Below, piece by piece: positions 9,383 to 19,655 of a stretch of 64,000 bases of DNA. The position numbers and the translations under genes are program-made. Each line of letters opens with the position of its first letter. Position 1 is the first letter of the stretch. The notes under the pieces are model-generated. The model made no database searches. It had not been told where the DNA came from and saw nothing but the letters and a program-made list of their open reading frames with translations. Origin of the DNA: an uncultured Chthoniobacter sp. (GTDB taxonomy: Bacteria > Verrucomicrobiota > Verrucomicrobiia > Chthoniobacterales > UBA6821); contig CAYOAN010000006.1 in NCBI GenBank assembly GCA_964402065.1, forward strand, positions 105,741-169,740, given 5' to 3'.

Positions 9383-10885
9383 ATGAAAATAAAACAAAAA
9401 AACCACCCCCGTTTAGCTGTCGTAAGCCTCATTCTTTTATCAACTTTTTTTGGAAAACCAAATAAGGCCTATAGCCATAGCAGCATTGCATTTCAATCCA
9501 GTAAAAAAGGACCAGAGGTGAGTGGAAAAATGGTTTTTTCTCCAGCAGATAATCAAAGTAGCACAGACTCTATTTTTTCTTTAATCACCATTGGAGACCC
9601 TTGTAATGCGCCAGATGATCAGGGACGTGGGGCTGTTGAGAAAATTTATCAAATTGGAAAATACGAAGTAACAGCGCGTCAGTATGCAGGCTTTCTTAAT
9701 GCTGTGGCTTGGAAAGAAGACCCACATGGTCTTTATCACTCTGAGATGGGGAGCGATAAAAAAGTAGCCTGTATTCAGCGTGGTATAAATGATGATGGAA
9801 CTTATCGCTATGATCTCATTGATGATCAAAGAGGAGATCTTCCCATTACCTATGTCACGTTGAATGATGCGGAACGATTTTGTAATTGGCTGGAGAACGG
9901 CTTGCCTGGCCGCGATCAAGACTATCAATTTTTACAGCAAAGCACTGAATCTGGAGCTTATATTTTTTCGCAACAAGACAATCAAATGTTTGCTGAGGCA
10001 AATCCTAATGCCCACTATCATCTCCCTAGCGATGATGAATGGATGAAGGCAGCGTACTATAATGGAGGCGGGGCTAGTGCCAGATATTGGCTCTACCCAA
10101 CCCAACATGATACAGCGCCTAGCGCTGGAGCAGGAGATGTTACCAATTTTGCAAATTATCAAACATATCAGGGGAATGTTAGGGATAATTTTCTAGACGC
10201 GTTCCTCATGATTACTGCGGTTAATTGCTTTGATAAAACAGAAACTTTTTATCAAGCCTGTGACATGGGTGGTAATGTTGCAGAATGGACAATCCCAACA
10301 GGCTCATCAGGTCCTGCACTAGCAAGAGGTGGGTCGTGGCAGTCTATTTATAGCTGGTATGGGCATAATGAGTTAATGAGGACAACGCTCCCAAAAGGCT
10401 ATGATCCTTCCACCGCAACCAATTTTATAGGATTTAGAATTGCTGCAACAGTTGATCCAACTTTCTTAGGCAATCAAAATCAATCCAGCTTTGAGCCTTC
10501 TCAAACGGTAGCAACAGATGGAACAGCAAGCGCTGCATCCTCAAAAATATTATCTAACGATGAGGTTTTTCTTGGGAAAATGTTATTCACTGGGGGGGTG
10601 TTGCTAGCTAGTTCCCTTCTTTTTATTGGTGCTGAAATAGCACTTGGTATTCTTGTTCCTGAGGTCTCACTTCCTATAGCAGTGGCTGTGTTAGAAGGAG
10701 ATTGTGTGGATGAACTTGCTGTGGTAGAGGCAGAGATGATGCCTTCTCTCGCTCCTGCTACGGGGATGTATGATAGTTTCTTAAAAACATTATCCGCATT
10801 TCCGCCTAGAAGAATACTCGTAATGGGAGTGCATCTTTTGATCAATGCGTACGCTGTTACTAAAAGCGCGCAAATAAAAGGATAA
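9383..10885 (+). CDS. Exported SUMF1/formylglycine-generating-enzyme-domain protein with C-terminal hydrophobic segments
   Basis: N-terminal signal-like segment. FGE-sulfatase domain motifs YEVTARQYAGFLNAV, PITYVTLNDAERFCNWL, LPSDDEWMKAAY, GGNVAEWT, RGGSWQS and IGFRIA. The C-terminus has TM-like stretches (GGVLLASSLLFIGAEIALGILV). Confidence 0.75.
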   Translation: MKIKQKNHPRLAVVSLILLSTFFGKPNKAYSHSSIAFQSSKKGPEVSGKMVFSPADNQSSTDSIFSLITIGDPCNAPDDQGRGAVEKIYQIGKYEVTARQYAGFLNAVAWKEDPHGLYHSEMGSDKKVACIQRGINDDGTYRYDLIDDQRGDLPITYVTLNDAERFCNWLENGLPGRDQDYQFLQQSTESGAYIFSQQDNQMFAEANPNAHYHLPSDDEWMKAAYYNGGGASARYWLYPTQHDTAPSAGAGDVTNFANYQTYQGNVRDNFLDAFLMITAVNCFDKTETFYQACDMGGNVAEWTIPTGSSGPALARGGSWQSIYSWYGHNELMRTTLPKGYDPSTATNFIGFRIAATVDPTFLGNQNQSSFEPSQTVATDGTASAASSKILSNDEVFLGKMLFTGGVLLASSLLFIGAEIALGILVPEVSLPIAVAVLEGDCVDELAVVEAEMMPSLAPATGMYDSFLKTLSAFPPRRILVMGVHLLINAYAVTKSAQIKG

Positions 10886-10886
10886 C

Positions 10887-13130
10887 TCAGTTCGACTGCA
10901 TCATATGAGGAAGCGCTGTTGACCACGCATGATGAAGTGTTTTCATATTCCACTGATAAGGCGTGCCATCAAGTGCAATCGTAAGCTCTGGGTTTTCTGT
11001 CACAACACCGAGACGGTGGAACGGAAGTTTGGAGGCATCTAAGATCTTTTCTACTTCATCTGCCTTAATAGCAGCTGTTGAGAAAATAATGCGACCTGAA
11101 GTTTCGTTGAAGAGAGTCACATCAGGGCGTGCCTTGATTTTTTCTAGCGAGATTGTAGCTCCCAAAAGAGGAACATCTTTCGATTTTTGAAAGCATGACT
11201 CAGCGAGTGCTACAGCTAAGCCGCCTTCCGAGCAGTCGTGAGCACTATGGACTAGCCCAGCTCGAATCAAGGACAAGAGCTGTGCATTAATATTTTTCTC
11301 GTGGTCAAAATCGATGCGAGGAGGAAGGCCTTCTTTTCTGCCATGCGAGACAAGCAGATAATGAGAGCCGCCAAGCTCTTCGCCAAGGTTTCCAAGTAAG
11401 AAAATTACATCGCCTGGATTTTTAAACTGCTGCGTGGTGATATGGTCTTTCGCTTCAATCAATCCAACCATGGCAACTGTTGGAGTTGGGTCAATAGAAG
11501 ATTGTTGACTCTCATTGTAAAGGCTCACATTTCCTCCAGTGACAGGAACATCAAAAGCTCGACAGCCTTCTGAGATGCCTTCAACGGCAGCGCGTAATTG
11601 GTAAAAACTTTCTGGCTTGTGAGGATTGCCAAAATTCAAATTATCAGTGACTCCAATGGGCGTTGCTCCCGAGCATGCTAAATTACGAGCAGCTTCTGCC
11701 ACAGCCGCTTTAGCCCCTTCTTTAGGGTCAAGGGCGCAGTAAATTGCATTGCAATCGCTGGTAGCGGCTAACAATTTATCAGCCTCTCGAAGGTAGAAAA
11801 CAGCAGCGTCGGAGCCTGGGGGAACGACAGTGCTGGTTTGAACCATATAATCATACTGGCGCCAAACCCAATTTTTTGAAGCAATGCTCGGATGAGCGAG
11901 AAGTAGGAGCAAGGTAGACTGAATGTCAGCGACAGGGAGCGTTGTTGCATCAATAGCTTCTGGAGCCTTCCATGGAGCAGCTTCCCGAGCGTAAAGTGGA
12001 GCGTCGTCGGCAAGGGCTCTCGCAGGAATTTCTACAACGGTTTTTTCTCCAGAGCGCACGCGCATCATCCCATCATCGGTAACATGACCAATCAAAGCAT
12101 AAGGAAGCTCCCATTTTTCAAAAATCTTTTTTACTGGTGCTTCTTGGCCTTTGTTCACGATGACGAGCATTCGTTCTTGAGATTCGCTCAATAAAATTTC
12201 ATAAGGCGTCAAGTCGGTTGCACGTTTGGGCACAAGGTTTAAATCAATTTCTACGCCAGTGCCACCCCTGCTTGCCGTTTCGCAAGTAGAACAGGTGAGA
12301 CCCGCTGCCCCCATGTCTTGGATGCCCGCAACACAACCACTCGCAAGGAGTTCAAGACAAGCTTCGAGCAAGAGTTTTTCGCGGAAAGGATCGCCAACTT
12401 GAACAGCAGGACGATCAGCCTTTGATTCTTCTGTTAACTCACGCGAGGCAAAGGCAGCTCCGGCAAGACCATCTCGGCCAGTTTCTGCGCCAACATAAAA
12501 AACAGGATTGCCAACACCTTTTGCCGCCCCACGAGCAATTTGCTCATGACGAAGAACACCTAAACAGAAAGCGTTAACAAGAGGGTTGCCATTGTAGCTA
12601 GCATCAAAATAGATTTCGCCGCCGATCGTAGGAACGCCAATGCAATTTCCATAATGTGAAATTCCTGCCGTGACGCCAGCGAGGAGTTGTCGATTAGCTT
12701 TAGCCTGTTGGGTATCACCTTCAATTGTGCCGAAGCGGAGGGAATCGAGCAAGAAAGCAGGGCGAGCGCCCATGGTAAAAATATCCCGAATGATTCCACC
12801 AACCCCCGTAGCAGCTCCTTGAAATGGCTCAATCGCGCTGGGATGATTATGGCTTTCAATTTTAAAACAGACAGCCCAACCATCACCGACATCAATAACG
12901 CCAGCATTTTCTTCACCTGCTTTGACCAGCACTTTTTCTCCTGTTGTTGGAAACTTGCGTAACTCGAGTCGAGAGTTTTTGTAGGAGCAATGTTCGCTCC
13001 ACATGACGGAGAAGACACCAAGCTCCTCTAACGTTGGTTCTCGTCGAAGGATCGAAAGGATTTTTTGGTACTCTTCAGAAGTGAGACCATGTTCATCAAG
13101 GAGGGCTGGAGTGATAGTAGAAGAGCTCAT
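10887..13130 (-). CDS. purL: Phosphoribosylformylglycinamidine synthase subunit PurL
   Basis: 747 aa. [31 protein letters not shown], and two AIR-synthase-like repeats. Confidence 0.95.
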   Translation of the reverse strand: MSSSTITPALLDEHGLTSEEYQKILSILRREPTLEELGVFSVMWSEHCSYKNSRLELRKFPTTGEKVLVKAGEENAGVIDVGDGWAVCFKIESHNHPSAIEPFQGAATGVGGIIRDIFTMGARPAFLLDSLRFGTIEGDTQQAKANRQLLAGVTAGISHYGNCIGVPTIGGEIYFDASYNGNPLVNAFCLGVLRHEQIARGAAKGVGNPVFYVGAETGRDGLAGAAFASRELTEESKADRPAVQVGDPFREKLLLEACLELLASGCVAGIQDMGAAGLTCSTCETASRGGTGVEIDLNLVPKRATDLTPYEILLSESQERMLVIVNKGQEAPVKKIFEKWELPYALIGHVTDDGMMRVRSGEKTVVEIPARALADDAPLYAREAAPWKAPEAIDATTLPVADIQSTLLLLLAHPSIASKNWVWRQYDYMVQTSTVVPPGSDAAVFYLREADKLLAATSDCNAIYCALDPKEGAKAAVAEAARNLACSGATPIGVTDNLNFGNPHKPESFYQLRAAVEGISEGCRAFDVPVTGGNVSLYNESQQSSIDPTPTVAMVGLIEAKDHITTQQFKNPGDVIFLLGNLGEELGGSHYLLVSHGRKEGLPPRIDFDHEKNINAQLLSLIRAGLVHSAHDCSEGGLAVALAESCFQKSKDVPLLGATISLEKIKARPDVTLFNETSGRIIFSTAAIKADEVEKILDASKLPFHRLGVVTENPELTIALDGTPYQWNMKTLHHAWSTALPHMMQSN

Positions 13131-13807
13131 AGTAACATCGATTCAAAAATCAAACGACCATCAGTGCTCCCAAGAAGCTCTTCACAGGCTCGTTCTGGGT
13201 GAGGCATGAGCCCCACAATATTACGCTGACGATTGCAAATCCCCGCGATATTTTCCATCGAACCATTAGGATTAGCTGCGGCTGTGATTTCTCCTTGAGG
13301 CGTACAGTAGCGAAAAAGAATCTGATGGTGCTCTTGAAGCTCTTTCAATGTTTTCTCATCAGCCGTGTAGCATCCCTCACCGTGAGCAATAGGAAGGCGA
13401 AGGATTTGTTGAGGAGTGCACTTGTTAGTAAAAGGAGAGGTTGTTTCTTCAATGCGAAGATAAACTTCTTCGCAACGGAAAAGGAGTTTTCGATTACGAA
13501 TTAAAGTGCCAGGTAAAAATCCAGCCTCACAAAGAATTTGAAAACCATTACAGATGCCGAGGATTCGCTTTCCTTGATCAGCGGCCTCTCGGAGGGCTTT
13601 CATGATGGGAGAGAATCGTGCAATAGCGCCGCAACGAAGATAGTCGCCATAAGAAAAGCCACCGGGAAGAATAATAGCATCAAATGCATCAAGCGATGTT
13701 TCTTGATGCCAAACTAAGGATGCAGAGGTATTCGGAAAAGAGCGAAGGGCAACGAGAGCATCGTTGTCACAATTGGATCCCGGGAATTGAAGAACAGCGC
13801 AATGCAT
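13127..13807 (-). CDS. purQ: Phosphoribosylformylglycinamidine synthase glutaminase subunit PurQ
   Basis: [17 protein letters not shown], active-site GICNGFQIL, and the HPER tail. The start is taken at M76 of the track ORF (ATG complement 13805-13807), which removes the overlap with purS. Confidence 0.9.
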   Translation of the reverse strand: MHCAVLQFPGSNCDNDALVALRSFPNTSASLVWHQETSLDAFDAIILPGGFSYGDYLRCGAIARFSPIMKALREAADQGKRILGICNGFQILCEAGFLPGTLIRNRKLLFRCEEVYLRIEETTSPFTNKCTPQQILRLPIAHGEGCYTADEKTLKELQEHHQILFRYCTPQGEITAAANPNGSMENIAGICNRQRNIVGLMPHPERACEELLGSTDGRLIFESMLL

Positions 13808-13811
13808 CTGA

Positions 13812-14042
13812 TTATGAGAGAATTTCCAAATGATAATCTTCAATAACAGGATTGGAAAGAAGATCGCGGCAAATTTGATGCAGCTGTTCTTGCGTAGCTC
13901 CTTCGATTTCAAGATCGATTGATTTTCCAATACGAACAGAACGAACTCCGCTGATACCGAGATGTTCAATAGCTTTCGCAGTAGCAACCCCCGCTGGATC
14001 AAGGACAGCGGCTTGAGGCATAATAGTAACACGTGCTTTCAT
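13812..14042 (-). CDS. purS: Phosphoribosylformylglycinamidine synthase subunit PurS
   Basis: About 76 aa. MKARVTIMP...VLDPAG..........G......VR.GK is typical PurS, and the gene lies directly upstream of purQ/purL. ATG at complement 14040-14042; a TTG alternative sits at 14063. Confidence 0.8.
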   Translation of the reverse strand: MKARVTIMPQAAVLDPAGVATAKAIEHLGISGVRSVRIGKSIDLEIEGATQEQLHQICRDLLSNPVIEDYHLEILS

Positions 14043-14329
14043 GAGATCTGAAGTGTAGTTCAAGTTTAGTTGATGGGAAAGAAATAATCGATTCTTTGCT
14101 CAATCTAAAAAGTCTATTCAAGTTGTAAGGCTCTTTCTTTTGGAATTGTTGTTGGTGCAGGAGCACTAGTAGGAAGTGGTCTATTAATGCAACATCGAGA
14201 AAAAATTTGAACGTTATAAAAAAAATAGTGTCAAAGTAAGTAAATTCACATTTTTATTTTTTAAGCATTGTTAGAGCCGCTTCAAAAAATTAACGTCAAA
14301 ATCAACCTAAACTAACATATTAAACTCCT

Positions 14330-14845
14330 ATGAAAAGTATCACATTAAAATTAGCATTTCTTATAGCGCTTGTTTGCTCAAGTCTTTCCATGGCTGCTCA
14401 GCCAACCATTAATAATGACAAAATCGTCTTCGATGGTCTTTTTCAACACACTCAACCTGATTGGATAGAAGTAATCATTCAACAACCAGACAAAAATGTT
14501 AATAGTTATGAAGTTTTTGCAGGTAGTGATTGGAGCAAAGGCCCTGCTATGTCAGCAGCCAATACCTATAAGACAACCCTCTCTCTTCCAAGCCCTATTC
14601 GTAACCTCACTTGCGATGAAGCAAAACATCTCTTCTACGTTGCCGGCAATGACTTTGTTTCCATCTCTTCTGATGCTGCAACTTGGTATACGAGCACCAA
14701 ATCTGTTGAGGTTCCATTTGTAAATATTGGGAGTGACGCAAAAAATAACGCTGCACGGATCTTTTCAACTTCGCAAATTCCAAATAAGCCAAGCTTTATT
14801 CCTGCATTTGTTGTTGTTGGAAGCGACTCAGCTATTCAAAACTAA
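14330..14845 (+). CDS. Hypothetical exported protein
   Basis: 171 aa. Signal peptide MKSITLKLAFLIALVCSSLSMAAQP. A strong terminator follows. No family recognised. Confidence 0.5.
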   Translation: MKSITLKLAFLIALVCSSLSMAAQPTINNDKIVFDGLFQHTQPDWIEVIIQQPDKNVNSYEVFAGSDWSKGPAMSAANTYKTTLSLPSPIRNLTCDEAKHLFYVAGNDFVSISSDAATWYTSTKSVEVPFVNIGSDAKNNAARIFSTSQIPNKPSFIPAFVVVGSDSAIQN

Positions 14846-14873
14846 AACAAACTGAAAACAGTCTAACCTTGAA

Positions 14874-14906
14874 AGCATCCTGGATCACCTCCAGGATGCT
14901 TTTTTT
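14874..14906 (+). terminator. Rho-independent terminator
   Basis: Perfect 11-bp stem AGCATCCTGGA / TCCAGGATGCT, 5-nt loop TCACC, then TTTTTTT. Confidence 0.8.
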
Positions 14907-15570
14907 GTACCTTTGACGAAACAATCACGTTGAATATTTGGCGCTCTTGCAGGGCTCTTTCATTGTGGAGGAACGATTGGCTTGCAGCTTCTGGTACGGC
15001 TTCGTCTCTTTGGCGGTTCCTATTTTCTTATTTTTGTTTCATGGCGTGATCGGCTGAAACAAGATTTACGATGGGCTCCCATAGCATTTTTTCTGTTTGT
15101 TTTATGTTGTCTTTGCACTTCTCAACTTCAAATAGTAAGAAATGCGCTCGCCTTTTTCCCGCTCACTTTGGCGTTCTATGATCGATAAGCGGATCAGAAA
15201 AAATGGGGAAATTTTTTTATGCTGATCTTCTTTTTTTGCTCTGGTCATGGATCCATCCCTCTTCCCCCTACAGAACGTCAAGCGATGGCAGCCGCGTAAT
15301 CCTCAATCCTTAGCTTACAACTTCATCATTTATCAAAAGCAGCCGCAGTCACTATCAGTCAAAAACCCAGCTCTTTCTGCAGGGTTAACACGCTTCTTAG
15401 CCCAGCTCTCAACAAGGAAACATCGGCTTAGAACAACCTGCTATTATAGTCGAGTTTATTGCTGCCATGAGGGAAATAGAGAGAAAGACGGTCATTGCCC
15501 CTCGGGCTCTCAATCTGTATCCTTTCTCTACACCCCTGATCAGTTTTACATTTAGCTCCAGTTTATCAAT

Positions 15571-16641
15571 ATGAAATCCGAATCCCGTGCTTTTTTAAAG
15601 AACCTCCTTGAAACTCCCTCTCCGTCAGGATTTGAGACCCGTGGGCAAAAACTCTGGGTCGATTATGTGACTCCTTTTGCAGATCGTGTCGAGGTCGATG
15701 CCTATGGAAATGCTTTCGCCACCATCAATCCAGAAGGTTCTCCTAAAATCCTTTTGGCAGGGCATGTTGATGAGATCGGGATGATGGTTTCTTATATTTC
15801 GGATGAAGGATACCTCTATTTTAAAGGGATCGGAGGCATTGATCAGACGTTGGTCCGTGGACAACGGGTTGTTGTTCATGGTGCTCAGGGAGCTATTCCT
15901 GGGGTGACCGGCCTTCTTGCCATTCATTTGCAAGAGCCAGATGATCGGAAAAAAGTCCCTCCACTCCACGAAATGTACATCGACATCGGCGCCTCTTCCC
16001 GCAAGGAGGCAGAACAACTTGTCAGTATTGGAGATGCGGTGACCTATGCTGCTGGTTTTCAGGAGTTGGCAGGAGGACGTTTTGCTGCCCGGGGATGTGA
16101 TAATCGGATTGGCGCTTGGGCTTCTGCAGAGGCACTCCGTCTTGTGAGCAAGGATCGGAAAAATTTAAAAGCATGCGTGATTGCTCTTTCGACGATTCAA
16201 GAAGAAAACGGTCTCTATGGAGCGACAATGGCCAGTTACACCATTCATCCGGATGTCGCGCTGGTAGTTGATGTCACGCATGCGACCGACATCCCAAACT
16301 GCTCAAAACCCAAATTTGGCGAAGTGAAACTTGGAAAAGGTCCCGTCCTTAGCGTCGGCAGCTCGAATCATCCAGTCGTCAATGATCGACTCCGGGCTGT
16401 TGCTAAGAGAAATAAAATCAATCTGCAAATTGAAACCAACCCTCGTTGGACAGGCACGGATGCTGATGCCATCTTTTTACAAAAGGGAGGCATTCCAACA
16501 ACATCGATTGGCGTTCCCAATCGGTACATGCACTCTCCTGTAGAGATGATTCAAGCTTCCGATCTTCAAGAAACTGCCGAGTTGCTCGCAGCATTTTCAT
16601 TGAGCATCAAGAAAGATGAAAAATTTGGGGTGAAGCTGTAA
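15571..16641 (+). CDS. M42 family metallopeptidase (FrvX/glutamyl aminopeptidase-like)
   Basis: 356 aa. LLETPSPSGFE, AGHVDEIGMMV, GCDNRIG, STIQEENGLYGA. Confidence 0.85.
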   Translation: MKSESRAFLKNLLETPSPSGFETRGQKLWVDYVTPFADRVEVDAYGNAFATINPEGSPKILLAGHVDEIGMMVSYISDEGYLYFKGIGGIDQTLVRGQRVVVHGAQGAIPGVTGLLAIHLQEPDDRKKVPPLHEMYIDIGASSRKEAEQLVSIGDAVTYAAGFQELAGGRFAARGCDNRIGAWASAEALRLVSKDRKNLKACVIALSTIQEENGLYGATMASYTIHPDVALVVDVTHATDIPNCSKPKFGEVKLGKGPVLSVGSSNHPVVNDRLRAVAKRNKINLQIETNPRWTGTDADAIFLQKGGIPTTSIGVPNRYMHSPVEMIQASDLQETAELLAAFSLSIKKDEKFGVKL

Positions 16642-16727
16642 GAAAAAAAAGGGATGAAATTTTTTTGGAAGCTGGTTCCTATTTCAAAAAAAAATAGGAA
16701 GAAAATTGATCAAGCTGAAAAGAACGG

Positions 16728-16856
16728 AGAGATTTTTAGAAAAGGCAAGGCCGAAGACTGAGCGCTATCTCAACGATAACGTGATGGGATAAGAACGCTG
16801 CTTGTTTCTAAATAAGATCACGTCAATTTATCGCCATTTCTAAGTAATTTGACTAC
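16728..16856. repeat. Family-B intergenic repeat, copy lacking the left terminus
   Basis: TTTTTAGAAAAGGCAAGGCCGAAGAC...GATAACGTGATGGGAT.AGAACGCTGCTTG..TCTAAATAAGATCACGTCAATTTAT....TCTAAGTAATTTGACTAC is nearly identical to 61415-61544. Confidence 0.7.
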
Positions 16857-16882
16857 AGGCTCAGCTAGTTGCTAAGGCTGTT

Positions 16883-18460
16883 TTAGCCTTCTGCTCCTGG
16901 AGCGGCTAAAGCCTGTTCCCTCTCAGTACGCTTTTTGTAGGAAATGCGGCTGTGCAACATTCCGAGGAGAGAGAGGACGATGGCATCCACAACTTGATGG
17001 AGTTCTTTCATCGTGATAGGACATTCATCATATTGACCGTCGTGCAGGCGCTCTTCCATAAGATCGTGGACAAGATCAGCGAGGCGTTGAGGAGTTGGCT
17101 TTTCTACACTACGAGAAGCGCTTTCTGCTGCATCAGCGAGGCCAATGATAGCAGCTTCTTTCGACTGTGGTTTGGGCCCTGGATAACGAAAGTTTTCAAT
17201 AGCTAAGTCTGGAATATCTTGGGGGCGCAAGTTCATCATCTTGCCACCAAGCTGCGCATCTTGCTGTTGTTGTTGAGCGCGCTGGAAAAAGTAGCGAATG
17301 ATAGTTGTTCCATGGTGCTGGCGAATAATATCGATGATGCGAAGAGGAAGTTTATTTTTAAGAGCAAGATCAACGCCCTCTTTAACGTGGGCAGCGATAA
17401 TGAGAGCGCTCATGGTTGGCGTGAGTGTATCGTGAGGATTTTTTTCAGAAGAAATGTTTTCCGTGAAGTACTCTGGTTTAACGAGTTTTCCAATGTCGTG
17501 AAAATAAGCCCCCACACGGCAAATCGTCGTATTTGCGCCGACGGCCTCTGCCGCAGCCTCTGCGAGTTGAGCTAAAGCCAGACTGTGTTGGTAAGTTCCT
17601 GTGGCTTCAACGGAGAGTCTTCGTAGAAGTGGATGGTTAAGATCCGACATTTCAATCCATGAAATATCAGTTTTAATGCGAAAGATGGCTTCCAAAATTG
17701 GCAAAAGCCCGCTCACAACAACAGCAGTGCAGAGCCCGCTTCCAACAGCTGTCATACTTTGGAAAAAAAGGAGAGACCAGGGAATGTTTTTGAGTGTTGC
17801 GTTTTCGAGAGGGCCAAGTTTTCCAAAAATAATAGCGAGGATACCAGCAGCAATACCGCTATAAATTCCAGCACGGATAATGAGAGAGCGACGGCGAACA
17901 TGGCGTGTTGCGAGGACGGCCACTAGACCGGTGATCAATGACGTGATCATGAAGAGAGGATGAGAACCACTAAAAAGAAAAGCGATCCACAGACTGCTGA
18001 AGAGCGTGGCAAAAAGACCTTCGCTCTTTCCCAACAAAACAGAAAGTGCCAAAGGGGCCAATGCGTATGGCAGCAAAAATGGAACAACGCTGGTGTAGAG
18101 GCTATCATGCGCTCCGTGAAGCAAGAGGAATTTTAACAAGACACCCTGTGTGAGAAGCGCTCCAAAGACCAATGCTAAGCGAGAATTACTACGCAAGACT
18201 TCGGAGCCGCTGATCCAAAGGTGCCCCAGTGCACCAACAAAAATAAAAAGCGTGAGAGAGACGCGCTGTGGGGCGTAAGGATCAGAACCATAAAAATCAA
18301 GCACACCAAAGCCGAGAGCAATAACAAGAAGAAGCAACAAGCGGATCATTTTTGCCTTTTCGAGGAGGAGCAAAAACTTATTTCGTTCTACACGACGGCG
18401 TGTCTTGCCACACGCAAGACCGCGGGCAGCTAGCTGGCGCTGTTCAAAATACTTGACCAT
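16883..18460 (-). CDS. 7TM-receptor-type membrane protein with HD/HDIG phosphohydrolase domain (PgpH-like)
   Basis: Multiple TM helices followed by YQHSLALAQLAE...GAYFHDIGK and AAHVKEG..LA. The gene lies downstream of phoH, as in phoH-pgpH(yqfF) clusters. An alternative start exists at 18349. Confidence 0.8.
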   Translation of the reverse strand: MVKYFEQRQLAARGLACGKTRRRVERNKFLLLLEKAKMIRLLLLLVIALGFGVLDFYGSDPYAPQRVSLTLFIFVGALGHLWISGSEVLRSNSRLALVFGALLTQGVLLKFLLLHGAHDSLYTSVVPFLLPYALAPLALSVLLGKSEGLFATLFSSLWIAFLFSGSHPLFMITSLITGLVAVLATRHVRRRSLIIRAGIYSGIAAGILAIIFGKLGPLENATLKNIPWSLLFFQSMTAVGSGLCTAVVVSGLLPILEAIFRIKTDISWIEMSDLNHPLLRRLSVEATGTYQHSLALAQLAEAAAEAVGANTTICRVGAYFHDIGKLVKPEYFTENISSEKNPHDTLTPTMSALIIAAHVKEGVDLALKNKLPLRIIDIIRQHHGTTIIRYFFQRAQQQQQDAQLGGKMMNLRPQDIPDLAIENFRYPGPKPQSKEAAIIGLADAAESASRSVEKPTPQRLADLVHDLMEERLHDGQYDECPITMKELHQVVDAIVLSLLGMLHSRISYKKRTEREQALAAPGAEG

Positions 18461-18505
18461 AAAAACAAGATATAATTTGCAGACGGGAGGTTACACGAAA
18501 AACGA

Positions 18506-19528
18506 TCATGAATGAACACCAGGTGTCTGCGACCTGCTTGCTTGATAGGCTTTGATAATAGCCTGGACGAGCGCGTGGCGGACGACGTCTTTTTCTTTAA
18601 AATAGTGAAACCCAATCCCTGCTGTTTTTTTTAGGATAGAAGTCGCTTCCAAGAGACCGCTCGGTTTGTTTTTTGGCAAATCAATTTGAGTTACGTCGCC
18701 CGTAATGATGCAGCGTGATCCGCGGCCAATACGAGTAAGAAACATGAACATCTGTTCGGTTGTCGTATTTTGAGCTTCATCCAAAATAATGAAGGCATTA
18801 TTCAATGTTCGGCCTCGCATATAGGCAAGTGGTGCGATCTCAAGAATGTTTTTATCGATATAACGCTGGATCTCTTCAGGCTCGAGCATTTCGTGTAAAG
18901 CATCGTACAAAGGACGAAGATAAGGGAAAATTTTTTCCTGGAGAACGCCGGGAAGAAATCCCAAAGCCTCTCCTGCCTCAACAGCGGGGCGTGTCAAAAT
19001 AATACGACTGACTTTTTCTTGTTTTAACGCAGCGACTGCTTTCGCCATAGCAAGGTACGTTTTTCCAGTTCCTGCTGGACCAAGTCCAAAGGTAATATCG
19101 TGTTGGTCAATTTGATGAAGATAGGAGCGCTGAGATTCCGTTTGAGGGACAACAGGAGGCTTGCGCGGGGAGCAAAAAATGCGATCGGCCGACTTTTCTT
19201 TCCCTTCAAAAGCTGATTGTTGCACGATGTCCAAAAACTCATATTGGCCGATGCCACCATCACGTTCGTGCAGTTGTTGCAAGCGTTCAAAAATCCAGAT
19301 GGCTCGCTTTATTGACGCAGAAGAGCCAGTGAAGCGGATCCATGCATCGCGTGTTGTAATCGTAATGCAAAGAGCTTCTTCCATAGCGCGAAGCAATTTT
19401 TCGTCATTATGATAGAGGCTTCGCAGCAAATGAGGGTCATCAAATTCTAGCGTCTGTTCAAGAGAGAGGGATTTTTGAGAGGAAGATTTCACTTTATTGG
19501 AGATCTGGAGCGACTGGAGACAAAGCAA
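18506..19528 (-). CDS. phoH: PhoH-like ATPase
   Basis: Walker A GPAGTGKTYLAMA; ILTRPAVEAGE.LGFLPG; ILDEAQNTT; GD..Q.DLP. Confidence 0.9.
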   Translation of the reverse strand: MLCLQSLQISNKVKSSSQKSLSLEQTLEFDDPHLLRSLYHNDEKLLRAMEEALCITITTRDAWIRFTGSSASIKRAIWIFERLQQLHERDGGIGQYEFLDIVQQSAFEGKEKSADRIFCSPRKPPVVPQTESQRSYLHQIDQHDITFGLGPAGTGKTYLAMAKAVAALKQEKVSRIILTRPAVEAGEALGFLPGVLQEKIFPYLRPLYDALHEMLEPEEIQRYIDKNILEIAPLAYMRGRTLNNAFIILDEAQNTTTEQMFMFLTRIGRGSRCIITGDVTQIDLPKNKPSGLLEATSILKKTAGIGFHYFKEKDVVRHALVQAIIKAYQASRSQTPGVHS

Positions 19529-19655
19529 TGAGTGGTTAACAGCGGGTAATAAGTAAGAGGGTCGCCTTCGACAAAGATAAATTTAAAAAAAGTCTCATAG
19601 GCACATCAAATTTATTAAAAACTCATTCATCATGGGTTTCGTCACCCGAAAACCA

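Noticed and set aside
10883-10889. Convergent FGE-domain gene and purL stops separated by a single nucleotide with no terminator
   Set aside because: This is real but unremarkable on its own, since tight convergent packing is common. No structure is visible to interpret.
12560-13021. Numerous 60-190-aa ORFs in alternative frames or antisense within large genes (e.g. 12560..13021 and 11768..12013 in purL; 42040..42570 and 44172..44645 in rhs; 32802..33326 and 32956..33333 in sctC; 62326..62907 in purH; 10501..10953)
   Set aside because: These are shadow ORFs inside strongly supported genes, with no independent motifs or start context.
13808-14032. 75-codon N-terminal extension of purQ overlapping purS
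   Set aside because: PurQ homology begins at [14 protein letters not shown] (13807). The extension is the purS gene read out of frame.
14982-15555. Track ORFs 14982..15188 and 15247..15555 (+)
   Set aside because: The translations are low-complexity and atypical (Cys/Leu/Phe- or Gln/Ser/Pro-rich). They have non-canonical start contexts and no motifs. I treat the region as non-coding or possibly sRNA; see the finding on the 48-codon minus-strand ORF.
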